Source: Balanoglossus misakiensis (Eukaryota; Animalia; Hemichordata). Taken from it: 64,000 nt of DNA. Positions 47,501-60,252 of this stretch are shown one piece after another. Where the stretch lies: contig CM082578.2 of the NCBI GenBank assembly GCA_040954595.2, positions 9,409,519 through 9,473,518 of the forward strand. The letters are read 5' to 3'. Positions within the stretch are counted from its first letter, which is position 1. Each line of letters begins with the position of its first letter. Below the pieces are notes generated by a model, which saw nothing but the letters and a program-made list of their open reading frames with translations, was not told where the DNA came from and ran no database searches. The position numbers were made by a program, and so were the translations under genes.

Positions 47501-50500
47501 ATTTCGAGCCTTCCTCCCTGTCCAAACGACAACTCGCTTCACATTTTCCAGTGCCTAGCAGACAGTAATTGCATCAAGGATAACCATTTGATAACATCAT
47601 ATTGGGGAGGGGGGATGAAATTATCCCCGTAGGCAGAGGCAAATTATCTTGGAAACACTTTGAAATTGTTATCTCTACTATTCCATATTCTGGAGACATT
47701 TTTACCATGATGGTAAGTACAGCCATGGGCATCTTTCTCATACCATCCCAGCTCGCTTTCCACATACAAATAGAAGTCATCACTACACTATTCATTACCT
47801 TCAACAATATGATTCCTTTATCTAAGTTCCCCCCCCCCCTTTATTTTGACCCCCCCCCCCCCCCCCCCCCCAGCCAAATGCACAGATGGCGGTCAATATC
47901 AATACCCCGTATTTACTGATCACAGCAGGAGACTCTAATCTGGAATTGAAATTTAGATCTCGTGGAGTGCCATCGTGCAAAACTAAACAGACGGATACTT
48001 GAACCAATTCCCACTTCCACTTCAAGCCCGTCACAAGTACATTGTAGGCACTGCAAACCTGGCTGACCTTTGGGGATGAATGGAAGTTTGTCAAGAATTT
48101 GAACGTGGCCATTCAAAATGGTGTGTTTGTTAATCTAATGATGCATGCATGCTGTCATTGATAAGAAACGCAGCAATTTCTGGAGTTTTTTTTGAGAATT
48201 ATGTAGTTGAATTCTTGTGGTGCTTTGCTTGGCATGGAAATTTCTCCACCTGCTCGATGTATTGCGTCGCATGAGATGCATTTTCATCCATTGTCAGCTG
48301 CTGTAGTTCTCACAAAACACAATGCAGTCTGCACGTTTTAGCGCATTTATGTTTGATCTGGCTTGATACCAAACAAGCACTTTGTATGGTTATGTCCAAT
48401 TCTTTTAATGCGTGTGATATCTGTATGATAAATTAAACCTCCCGAGAATACCTAGCATATATATATAACGTCCCCTGTTTATTGCGATTTTAACCCATAA
48501 ATGATAATATTTCCATCTGGCAATGTCTCCTTTCAAAGTATAAATATCTAAAATCTGGTCTTTGCAAACTGAAGCCAGCGTGTTGCAGCTGGTTGACCCG
48601 TAACCCTCAACACTTGAATAAAATAATTTTCTCTATGAAAGAGCCATTTTTTTTCCAAATTTTGGTCTCCTCCCTTTTTGCTGATGTTGTACTATTGAAC
48701 ATAAAACCAACAAGTTTGTTCATTTTATTGCTGATGTTTTTTTCAAATAGAGTTTTATTCTCAAGATAGAAATTACAGGGAATGGTAGGGACACAGAGTG
48801 CATTTGGAAGTGAACAGAGTATGCATAAGATGAGTGTGTTCTACAGATGATGCTGTTGGCAGACCTAATTTGTAGACATATCACAGCAGGTGATCTTATG
48901 TAAGCCATTAAAGAGTAATTGAACTAAAATTGAAAATTTAAAGACAAAAAATCGACTCCACTAGATCTTGTCTGCGTGGGCGAGTCAACCTTTAACGGCG
49001 ATCGCCCTGATAACGGACTATCTTCGTGCGAATGTCAGCATATTTTACGATGAAGTGGCTTTTTTTCCGTGATATTTTATCGCTGATATAGCGAAGATAC
49101 TCAACTCAATTGTAGGGTTCATTCGGGGCAAGAACGTAAGGTATGTTTGTTACGTGTTGGGTGTACAGTGCGGTGATGATTCAAGCAAACAATTACGGCT
49201 GAAATGTGTACACCCTCGGAATACAAATCAGTGTCTGTGTAACACAGATGCATAAGATCCAACGTTTAAAGGGACAAAGTCTCTCAACATATGGCCACAT
49301 ACCGGGTATATACAGTGATAAAATATAAGTCAGTGAATCCCTCCTATTAAAAACTGACCTCCCTTTAAAAAAATGGATTAGATCCTGGTGTAGTCCTCAA
49401 CCAGTATGTGATGCAACTTGCCACAGCTATACAACTCATCTACACGACGACATATCTTGTCTGCTGCGCAAATGTGTATAGATGGGATTTTGTTTCCTGA
49501 AGGGTTTAGCATATACTAATCGTCCGCTCCCACAAAACCAGTTACTCGTCTCGTTAATTTCAATCATTTGATCGGAGGAATTCCACTCCGCTAATCGATG
49601 TAGGCGACGGGCGCTGATTAACCCATGTGTGTCGTGCACCGCTGGTTTTAAGCGTGGTGACAAGGAAGGTATCAGTCACTCTAAAGTGCAGCGAAACTTA
49701 ACGTCTCAGAAATTCATTCTGTGAGTGAAACACGTACTACACATGCTTCCCTGGCTCACACTCTCTGTGTGTACGACTGAAATAATTTCGGTTTTGACTG
49801 GCCGCATTTTGGGGTTTGAACATCATGTAGCGATTATCAGATTACAAGTCATGTGACATCAGATTGCCTTTTGCGAACACTAATACAAAACATTATATTT
49901 TTTGTTAAATAAAACATGTTCATGTTCTAACTCCGTGGAAATGTCATTCATCTATAAACCTTTGTGTCTTAATTTACAGAGTTTAGATACTCGTATACGA
50001 TAATTACTTTCATCCTTTCCTTTCAATATAGATCATGTCCAGTGGTGATGGCAACAGGGCGACTTTGATGCGACATTCTGATTTTTTCATTAAAACTCAT
50101 TCACGGTTTTCACAATGAAACTAGGTTGCGCGTGTCATTATTGCAGCTGATGACACACGCACCGACAACGACTGTAGAGAAACTGGGGAAACGCAGCTAA
50201 CCAGTATCTAGTTGGTTTAATATTGCACACATGATGACTAGATATCATAGCAGGCATTCTGTCAGGGTGTCTGCAGTAACTCCAATTTGATGCTGACAGA
50301 GACAGCAAATGAATATCGGCCGCGGCCTCGTAATTTCGACTTTGTCAATCGATTCATCAGTTGTCTGGTAAATTTCCCCCTGAAAAATCAGCGCGATGAT
50401 TTGTACCCTCCATTAGAATTTATCTGGCGTTTTATTGTAATGGATTCTGCGGCTTTGTTTAATAGAAAGATTTCACCTGAAAAAGCAATATGTGCAGAAC

Positions 50501-53500
50501 AGGATTAATGTATGGCCACACAGTTCAGTCATCACAGCCTGGTGACGTTTATATGTATACTTCCAATTATTTCTACAGCTTGCGTACACAGGGTGACTGT
50601 CGTTTCTTATTAGCCAGCAAACTATGCGATTGACTCACCATTGATGGTGAATCACGGATTTGGGGTGATCTGGGGTTTTTTTGGTCTGAAAGTCAACGAT
50701 GTATTTGGAATTCACTCTGGGCAGCAGGAAGTTGAATTTAATAAACATTTCAAGAAAGACGTTCTGGGATCTTGCCTAAAATACAAATCCAAACAGTTTG
50801 ATTTCTTCATTCATCATCTATGCCGCCACGGTTGTCTAAACCAAGGAAGCGTATGTACCGCATATATGCATGCACATATATGTATTAACCTTGTCTATAT
50901 TCAAATGATTTTGCAGATTGCCAGCTGGTATCTGTTCCTCGACGGTCATGAATCTTAAAAAAAGTATCGTAGTTTGATCAGTCATGCGCGCAGTTAGTTT
51001 ACGTGCTTTGCTCATCCCACTCACATCATACCGACCTTGCCGTGCTCTTTCGCCGCGAATATCAAGGTCAAGGTCACACATGATGAAACATGCTGCAGCA
51101 AAGATGAGGCAAGAAAACTTCTTTGGTCTAGTTCATGCTGTAATGCATGTAAATCAAAGACAGGAAGTAGGATTGGTCCGTGACTACATTATGAATCATC
51201 GTCATGTCCAATTTTACTACTTGTTCTCAAACACTGATAATACAACAATGATTTATATGAAGTCATGGATGGATAGATGGCCCACCTGATTCATTAATGT
51301 ATTCAATTTGAATTCCAGACTGTTCATTAATTTAATTGTTTTCCACACCATCAGAGGATACATGTTGTACTTTATTAATTGTCTGCGACATTTTAATCAT
51401 CTTTTTAATCACAATAAATTCAGGTGATAATTACTTGACATTTGTTTAACATGCCAGTATCACATTTCTCTGATAATATATTGCAAATACAACATACATG
51501 ATTATTCCCTATCTGATTATTACAGCTCCTGTAATTATCTTTTTAATGAATACTGTAAACATATTTAGCAGTTACCTCCCGTAAATCTGTATGATGGCAT
51601 TAAAAGCCGTAATGTGACATGTTGAACCAAGTGTGACATTATCTTTGGTCCACCTTTGTCCATCTACAGTCCGTTAAAGCTATATTTCGCAGTACCAGAA
51701 TCTGATAAAAATAACGCGTCTAGAATTATTTTATTGGAGAGGTCTTTTGTATTTTGCAGGTGATATTCATAGAAATTTCTTCCATTTTAAGGGGTTACAT
51801 GTATTTTTGTTAGTGAAATCATGTCTCATTTGGATTGACATGGCAGGACAATTCCTGTACTTCTAAAGGGTCCATTAGAGAACATGATGCAAGCTAGACC
51901 GCACAGCCATGGACTACCAATTGACAGTTTCTTTCAGAGTGGCCCATCTTATTATCAAAGTTTACCGTAATTCATTTAACTTCTGGCAACTGGCAGGTAC
52001 GACTCTTGTGTATCGAAATACCATGGGCTCCACAGTGATCAGATGTGTGAAAGCATCATCTTTCCAGTGAAACACTCTCGCAGCCAAAATCTCCCATCAT
52101 TCCACAAGACCAAGGGCCCATTGCAGACTGCCTTCAAGCTCTGTGCAGATGTCTGTTTCAACAACACGAAGAGCCACCACTCCGCCTCCTCCCCGAATTC
52201 AATTTCTAATTAAATTTGATCGAAAGACTCCGGGGTTGATAGCAGAAGGCTAATTAGGTTTAAAACACAAGTGGAGTGCTTAAAACAGCCAGAGGACGGC
52301 AGGGATCAGATGTGTTTTAACCTTATTATCCGTGGCTTCAACAACAATGTCCTTTGCACGATTGACGAAAAACCCTTGACAAAAACCACGATAATCTGGA
52401 GATTTCCACGGATTACTCCTCCAGCGTGCAGCGGGTCGGCAAACGTGGATCGATCACCAAGTTGTTTGGAAACCTCCAGCACTTAACACTCGGGGAAAAC
52501 TACCAGTACTACCCAATATATTGAGCCAAAAAAACAGAATAGCCACCCATTGGCCCTGTGACCTATGATGTACATCACATCAACTTTTGACCATAGAATC
52601 ATCAAATAGTTCTGCTGCACGGTGTTTTATACCAACTGTAAAAGCTACATGCGGATTTCCTGTACATGTACATTTGTATGGAATTCAATATTGTCCTCTT
52701 TTCCCGTTTGATGTGCAATGTGTGACTTATCCTGGTTGCCATATGTTTTCCATGCATGCACAGTAAACCACACTGCTATTAACTTTAAGTGCAGCGCATT
52801 ATCTAAACATGCGGTTTTTGTGGGGGGAAATTATTGCTCACGATAAAAATTTGCTCAAAAATTCTGGTTATATAGCGGAAATGATTTATAGCTCGGACCA
52901 CTATTTCCATGTGTTTCAGTCTCAGGCTTTGGCTTTGAACTTCTAGAGTGGAAGTCCACCAAAAAAGAAAAACGTGGTGAAATTTAATGTTAGAAAAACA
53001 GAAATGTTGGGTCAATAAACCTCCAGTTCTGTGGGTGGAGGGAAACCAACATATGTTGTGCTGCTGAAAATGCCTTTGTTGATGGTTTAACCTGATTAAA
53101 ACGAAAGTCTGAATTACTTTCACCGGCTAATGGAAGAGTGCTGACTGATCTTATTATCTGCCACCTTTTACTCCTGCTGCAAATTTCAGAAACGTTAGAT
53201 CGTGAGAATGCATCACAATGAACGCAGAGGTGAGATGTGACTCGACTCGGCAAGCGCTTCTGGCGACCTCGACCTTGCTTTGCTTTGGTGTCAAACACCC
53301 AGACATTTTTTTCCAGAGGACCAGTCAAACATGGGAATGAGATTGCCCCCCTCCACCCCCACCCAGATCCGCTGCATCCATCTGACCTATGGGGGGTGGG
53401 GCAAAGGAGGATGGTAATTTCATCTAGAGACTAACTTTCACTGTCTCTGATTGGTTGCCTACTGTGCATTAAAGGGGAACATCGGTCCATCCAGAAAAAA

Positions 53501-56500
53501 ACCTCTGTCATCCAGATCCAAAACGAGGCTACCAAGATGGCCACTCACATCAGCATTGCAGAGTGTGTCTGGAGAATTTCCAATTGAAAAATCTACAAAA
53601 TTGGTCACCATCTTGCTTACCCAAATACCATTGTGATAGCTTGCCAAAACAAATATTGTTTTCTAGGATAATCCATTCCGAAAGAGAAATATAAGAAACA
53701 AATCCCTCGACCAACGTTTCCTTTAAAAATTACTACATTTATTACCCGTACCCATGGTTGAAACAAGATCCTCTTCCTGTACACCATCAAAAGTACAGCA
53801 TGAATAAATCTAAAAGCTTTCCTTTGGTCTATTCATATTATTCACTAATCTCATTTTTCGGGGTCCTTATTCAAGCTTTTGAAAATTTCATTGTGAACGC
53901 ATGAAAAGGAGATGTCACGAATCGATGAACCAGCTATAAATATCAGTCATTTACAAAGGAGAGTTTCATCTGTCAATTATCATTAATCAGACTTTGTTCG
54001 CTACATCCTGGATGGACACGCAAAGAGAGCATTCAAATTAAGCGTTAATATGATAAGAAGTTTTTTGTGACTCCGGTATTCTGGAGTATTTTAACCCCCG
54101 GGCATGAGAAACAGGTTGCGAGGGTGTATTCTTGAAATTTATGAATTTACATGACTCATTGTGGTCTGGACAGAAAGGAACACTTGTCACCAGGTATTTG
54201 CCTATATGAATATATCACACGAAGCCATTCAGTAGGTAAATGTCCAGGTTTTGTTGCTAGAAAGCTGTTTACACATTTGTATGGGGAAAATAGTGCCCAA
54301 CAGCCCAGCTGCAAACCTTTTCAATGTGTGTATCAAATGATAACATTTGTTCATAGACCCTAGATTTGTTTGTGACAGGCTCAACATCACCTACCGTGTG
54401 TGTGTGAAATGGACTGATTTATGAAACTTTATTTAGTTTTCTAAACAACTCACCCTTTCTGTTAGAGTGGGACTTTAAAAGAAAAGATCTCTGTTGTTCA
54501 ACACTCAGGAGTTGTCAGCTGACAAATGTGGTGTACGTGCACTAGACAGCTGATCTTGCACAGCACGAGTGTCAAGAACCTGTAGAGTTACAATATTGAG
54601 TATACATCAGCTAGAGTACCTTGGATGTTGTCCTTTCTAATAAATTGTGTTTAATCAACTTTTGATTTTTCAACAGAGTGTACCAGGATGCAATGCTGTA
54701 AATGGATGCATGCAGTGTCTGGCGGCCGAGTATCCAAGAGCCAAATTTTGCGCAATCAAATCTTCAGAAACACCAGTCAGTGCAAAATTTGTGAGTATAC
54801 TATCTGTACTTGTATCCATGACAACACAACCCCCCAACCAGTAAAATGCTCTACTTGGTAAATTTGTCACCCAGGAGTATGTGTATAGGCTTTAATTTTC
54901 TTTTTGTCACTTAAAACTCAGAGTAAACTTTGTATAGTGTTTCCATGACAATAATCAGGCAACGCAAAATGTTTTTCTTACCAATTTTGCCATCATTTAA
55001 CACGTCTAAAGTGTTGATGTGTCAAATGTTTCAAACCACAGTTATCGCAGTTGGTTTCTTCCAACCCATTAAAAAAATTGTTTTGGTGTATGTCATTCTC
55101 TCACTGATTCAGAGACAGTTTTCTCTTTCCTGGTTGCTGATTGTGATTCATCTCTTAAACCTTACAACCTTTTAGTGTTATGATTTCATTTTGGCATTCA
55201 AGACCCTTACAATTACATAAACATACATGCATAGAGTATGTTGGCGGTTTTCTCATTCTGTAACACTTACAAAAGAGTGCATTACCTGTATTGAGTATGA
55301 CGTTGGCTTTGGTGTCATTCTGTTACACTTATATAAAAAAAAAACATGCTTTCATAAACAGCAGCAGACAAAATATATACCATAAATCTGCAGTCTCAGC
55401 CCATTGGCATATTCTGTTTCTCTCTGTACACGCATCAGTCAAGGCTTTGGAGCACACGGCCCAGCATTATATATTTGTGTGTTTGTGTGGATGGTTTTTG
55501 CCTGGAGGGCCCATTCGCAGTGGATATTATGATGAGCCATGGTATTCGTTTCTCCGATTTCCCCAGGAGAGTTAACAGCTTCAGATGAAATTTTCTGTAA
55601 GCCGTTAATGGAGGGCAATGTTTAAAAGGGACAAGTTTTTAAATTCCAGTAATGGTTTCTTAATCCAATATTTGGATCAGCTCGACATCTGTAATGTCTG
55701 GGAAGAAATGATCAAAACCAGCAAGTATTTTTTGTGTGGAAGTCATTAAAAGTGGCTTTTAAATTAAATAGGTGTTTTGTGGCGTATTTAGAGATCAAAG
55801 GGTTAAAGTCAAGTTCATCTTGCCACTGATTTACAAAGACGGGGTTGCAGGCGGATGATTCATAGATCATCAGGTCATCGTAAATCTGTACAATTACTTC
55901 GAACAAGATACTTTTCACACATGCCTGGTTAAGATGACAATGTGGAAAAATAACTACAGAGAGACAGTCTGCTCCTATTTGATTAGCACTGGTACATTCG
56001 AGTGTATCATTTGCGTTATCAGGTATATTATCCCATACTGATTTCTGGGGCAGGATAGGCTCACCATTTTCGAAGTTATCCGTTGTATACCATCTCATGG
56101 TGATTTCTTGAGCAGGATGTACAGACAGACAGGCAGGCAGACAGACAGACAGACAGAAAAATAGACACACAACATTGTGCAATACAGTCACTGTGCACTA
56201 ACTGATATTATCCCATAACTGTTTTATGTAATGTACCACTTCATCATTCAGAGCATTACATGTCTTGACATTTTGTGGCTTAGGCATTAAATAGTCTTTG
56301 ACACAGTCAGATTTAATAGTTTTTGGCTGTCACCATAGTAATCTGGCCTCTCATTAGAAGGGTCAAGCTAGTCACTTCGTTTGCCCAAATGTGCTTTATA
56401 AAAGAAGGGGGACTGTCAATCATGCAAGTCAATCCAAACAACATTTCATTTCATTTCGACTAACTTTTCCCAAGAAACCAAGAGTGGCTTGTTAAAGTGG

Positions 56501-57741
56501 ACAAAAAGAAAAAAAGGAGATTACTGAACCAGTAATAGGTTAGCCTCAATATAAAGTCTATGGTACCACATCCTTTCAGAAGTTGTAGTTTTTCCACAAA
56601 ATGTTCGGCTGAAATGACATTACGTGCATGCATTGCAGTGACTGCGCAATGATCCATTAGTGTGATCATTAGGTTGTGAAATGCAGCCACAGGACTCTGA
56701 GATACAAATCAAATTACAGATTGGGCGGTGTATTCCCGCGGTTCTGACGGTGGAGAAACCCGGTATTTCTCAAATCAGCTCTGGGATGGCCGTCAACACT
56801 GTTCCTGGTATCAGCGCATATCATTATGCTCCCCGATACTCCAGTATTTGAATTTTGAATTAACTTTGGTTGCAGGGGGTGATATCACCTGGTACCACTG
56901 CCCCTGGAAATGAAAACAGTATCTGGGGATATTCTCATATCTATTCCTCCATCATAGGAATGAAAGGGACCTTCACCCACTTTGCTTAACATGGAAAATC
57001 GCCAAGTACCCAGCCTGTTTTCAAAAAAGTGCAATGTCCCAGGGCCCCAAGTGGTAAAACTCGCATCCCAAAAGTCACCTGTCAGAGGCAGATGTACATA
57101 TCTGAAGTCGAACCCACCGCGACTTCCCCCTCGATCACGACTTATCCTCACTGCTGGAGGCTTCGCGCATTCCATTTGGCCACCTCTGCTTCCACACGAC
57201 TTGCTCCGCAGAGGAAATCTAACAGCCGGTTGTGTATATAGCTTCTGTATTAGTAGAAACTGCACTGGAAAAATCTGTTGAGTGTGTTTGCTTGCGTAAT
57301 GTACAATCATGTAGACAGCTCGCAGAAAGGCTGCTGATTGCAATCAGGCTGAGAGTGTTCTGAATGTGGCAATCAGTAACATCCAATTCACGCCAGTGAA
57401 ATATCTGGAAATTAATCTATGAAATTAAACGACACACTGCATACAACTTAGAAAACAAACTACCCTGGGCCAGTACGTCCACTTTGAAATTATCATGGAT
57501 ATCATTCATGCTACTTTCAAAATTAGGATTGTTTTACTTTTAGTCACAAGATAGAAGTCGGCATAATCTATCCTGTTTTTACACCTCTTTTTTATTTTTT
57601 TTTATTTTTAAAACAGACACAGCAAGGATTGCCAGCCCTCCTGGTATACAAGCATGGCTCACTGATCGGCAACTTTGTTAGGCTGTCCAGTCAGCTGGGG
57701 GAAGACTTTTTTGCTGGAGATCTGGAAAACTTCCTTCAAGA
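32538..57741 (+). CDS. PDCL: Phosducin-like protein 1 (PhLP1; CCT co-chaperone for G-beta-gamma), six coding exons; last exon not found in the window
   Basis: Exons 32538-32690, 36776-36901, 38138-38268, 44699-44801, 54677-54790 and 57617-57741. Motifs [95 protein letters not shown] and LPALLVYKHGSLIGNFVRLSSQLGEDFFAGDLENFLQ. Ends in phase 2 at GA|GTGAGT. Confidence 0.95.
44349..44387. repeat. Compound microsatellite (CCT)n(CAT)n in a PDCL intron
   Basis: cctcctcctcct...catcatcatcat visible directly. Confidence 0.9.
44802..54676 (+). other. Non-canonical GC-AG intron (PDCL coding intron 4, 9875 bp)
   Basis: Donor GAG|GCAAGT and acceptor tttttcaacag|AGT. This junction gives a gap-free [10 protein letters not shown] alignment to PDCL (HIYEDGIPG). 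Confidence 0.88.
47827..47871. repeat. Two poly-C tracts (G-runs on the minus strand)
   Basis: A C-run of about 11 nt and one of about 20 nt separated by tttattttga. Confidence 0.85.
56122..56156. repeat. Imperfect (CAGA/CAGG)n tetranucleotide microsatellite
   Basis: cagacagacaggcaggcagacagacagacagacag visible directly. Confidence 0.85.
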
Positions 57742-59149
57742 GTGAGTATATATAGAAGAACTTTGTTCTTCCTCAGTTGTGGAATTCCACAATCTTCATC
57801 AATGAAAATTATACAAAATTGAAAAAGATGAAGACAAGCCAATGACAATTGTTTATGTCCGGTATAAAAACAAATGCACAACAAGTGTTAGATGTGTAGG
57901 GGGAGGGAGGGAGCGAGAGACAGAGGGAGAGCCTGCCTGAATGACCACTGGACACCCCTGTATTTAAGTGGTGAGCAACAGAAGGTAATTTGGGAAAAAA
58001 CAAAATGACAAATATGATAGGGGGAGTACAGCCTCATCCATGTATGACAGCTACATGGACCATAGTAACCTTGTGAAGTTACTGGTAGTTTATTACAGGA
58101 TTCAAGTAGCCAGTTAAAATATCCTCATCAGTTTGGTCTTGAAGCACTATTGATGTTGAAAGGGTATTGAACTCCAAAGTTGTAGCATACGAATGAACAC
58201 AGGTCAGAGTATAGTTGACAGCTGCTTTACTCATGGACAAGCATCTAGATTTACAGTTTGATTGAAAGAAAATATTACCACAATGTGTGCATTGTATGCC
58301 AGATATTTTCTGAGGCGGCAGATGATATTAATATATCATCAGAAACCTCATTAATTCAATTTTCTGTTTGAAAATTACATTTGATATCTGGAGTGATGTA
58401 TCATTTCAAATGCTGAAGATTTTTTGAAAAACATTCTTGATGAAAGTGTATATGCACCATCTGATCTTTTTTTAAGTTGAAATATTTTACAGATGTATGA
58501 AGTTCTTTCTATTAGTCCCAGGAAACTTTATTGAATTTGGCTTTGTCTGTCTGTCCATCCAGAGCCATTACTCTGATCAGCTCGTTATTCAAACTTAGTA
58601 AAAGGATATAGTGACGACCCAGTAGTGATGATGCAGTATACATTTACATATCAATTGGTTTTGTGGTATTATTCAATATGGCTGCCAGACAGCCAAGGTG
58701 GTGAACACAAGAATGTTCATGACCCATGATCTCACTCGTCCATTTCCCCCCAAAATAACATTGGTCCACTGAAAATGGTGAGATTAAGAATCAGTCTCAC
58801 TATGGTCATTGACACTTCAGAAAGGGCATGATGACTTACATGTACATGTACATGTATATCTGATCTATTTCTGTCTTGCTTTCGTAAATAATTATCTGAC
58901 ACAACAAACACCATCTATAACCTCCGGCCATCATGCTTCCCAAGGACCAACCATGACAACCCTATTTTAATTCTTTAAAAACAGCAGTTTGTACGTGACG
59001 GTCTTTCACAGTCATGGCTGATGGAAGGCCAACCGTTCAGTGAAAATGGTTACCATGGAAACCTTTTACAAATACTGGACAAGAATAGATCCAGTGTCAC
59101 TGGCCAGATCCATAAAGGTCATTTCCTCCGGCAGTGAGTGAAATGGAGT

Positions 59150-59342
59150 ACATTTTTTTTCACTTGGAAATTATTTTCACTTTTTTTGCCAGACTCGCGC
59201 TTTTTCACAGAAATAAAATCCCAGCGAAAATTTCCCGGTCATTTCATGTACACTGACAAAAGCAGTGAAGTTAAAAGCGATAATATTCAACACTTTTGTT
59301 AACAGCGAAATTCTAGTGGAAATAATTAAAGTATTTTACAGG
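59150..59342. mobile_element. Possible degenerate non-autonomous DNA transposon fragment
   Basis: Repeated short gcgaaa(a)tt / gtgaa-type sub-motifs ending in ttttacag, resembling subterminal repeats of MITEs. No TIR pair or TSD could be confirmed. Confidence 0.25.
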
Positions 59343-60161
59343 ATGATCATAAAATAAAATTTCAGATAGTTTGTCATGGAGCAGCAGGCGGAGCTGAAGA
59401 CCAACATCTGGCAGAGAAACACCTGTCGACTTTCTCCCTATTTTTTTAATTTTTTTCTTGCTGCAATTATTAGTGGTTTCTAAAAACAAAATATATCACA
59501 GTCTTGCCTTGACGTAATATAATTCCTGAGAGTGTGCAGAAGTTTTCGTTGAAAGCTGTAATTTTCATCATTTGGCTGGCAACTCGCAGGAAAAAATCGA
59601 TAATGTCTGATTGATGAAAATTGCCGTAACCTTCCCCAGAGGTGGGCGATAATACGCGTGCAATTGACCTCCTACTGGGCCGTATTAAGCCTCCCACCTG
59701 CACGACTTAAAGATTATCGAGTTACTTGCAATGTGATCCTTCAGGCGAGAGCCATAGAGCATGTGCATACAGCAGTCAGTGAGTCACATGTCCACTGGCA
59801 GTGCTTTATACTGTGAAATGGAACTTGACAGTTTTCACTGTCATAAAATAATGGATGCGTATGTAGTGACAATTAAATAACCATTGAATAGGTGGAATTT
59901 GAAATGATGCAGATTTTGTAAAAATTTAGATGATGGATGTTGAACGATTTGGCTTTTTAAATAGACTGGAGACCCTGAATTTTTGTCACACGATATTTAA
60001 TTATAATACCTCCCTCCACAAAAAAAAAATCTGAATGACATCAATTTTTTTAAATTAATGGAGCAGAAATTAAACTAACTTGACAAAGAAGGGTAAAATG
60101 AGATTTGCAATGACAATAGTTTAAGATATACAAGGGTATGAATATGATAATTCTCATAAAT

Positions 60162-60252
60162 GCAACATTTTTTATGAAATATAAATGTGATAATTCTAAA
60201 GGCAACATTTTTTATGAAATATAAATGTGATAATTCTAAAGGCAACATTTTT
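60162..60252. repeat. 40-bp tandem duplication (2 perfect copies plus a partial third)
   Basis: Unit gcaacattttttatgaaatataaatgtgataattctaaag repeated exactly, followed by gcaacattttt. A degenerate partial copy precedes it from about 60145. Confidence 0.92.
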
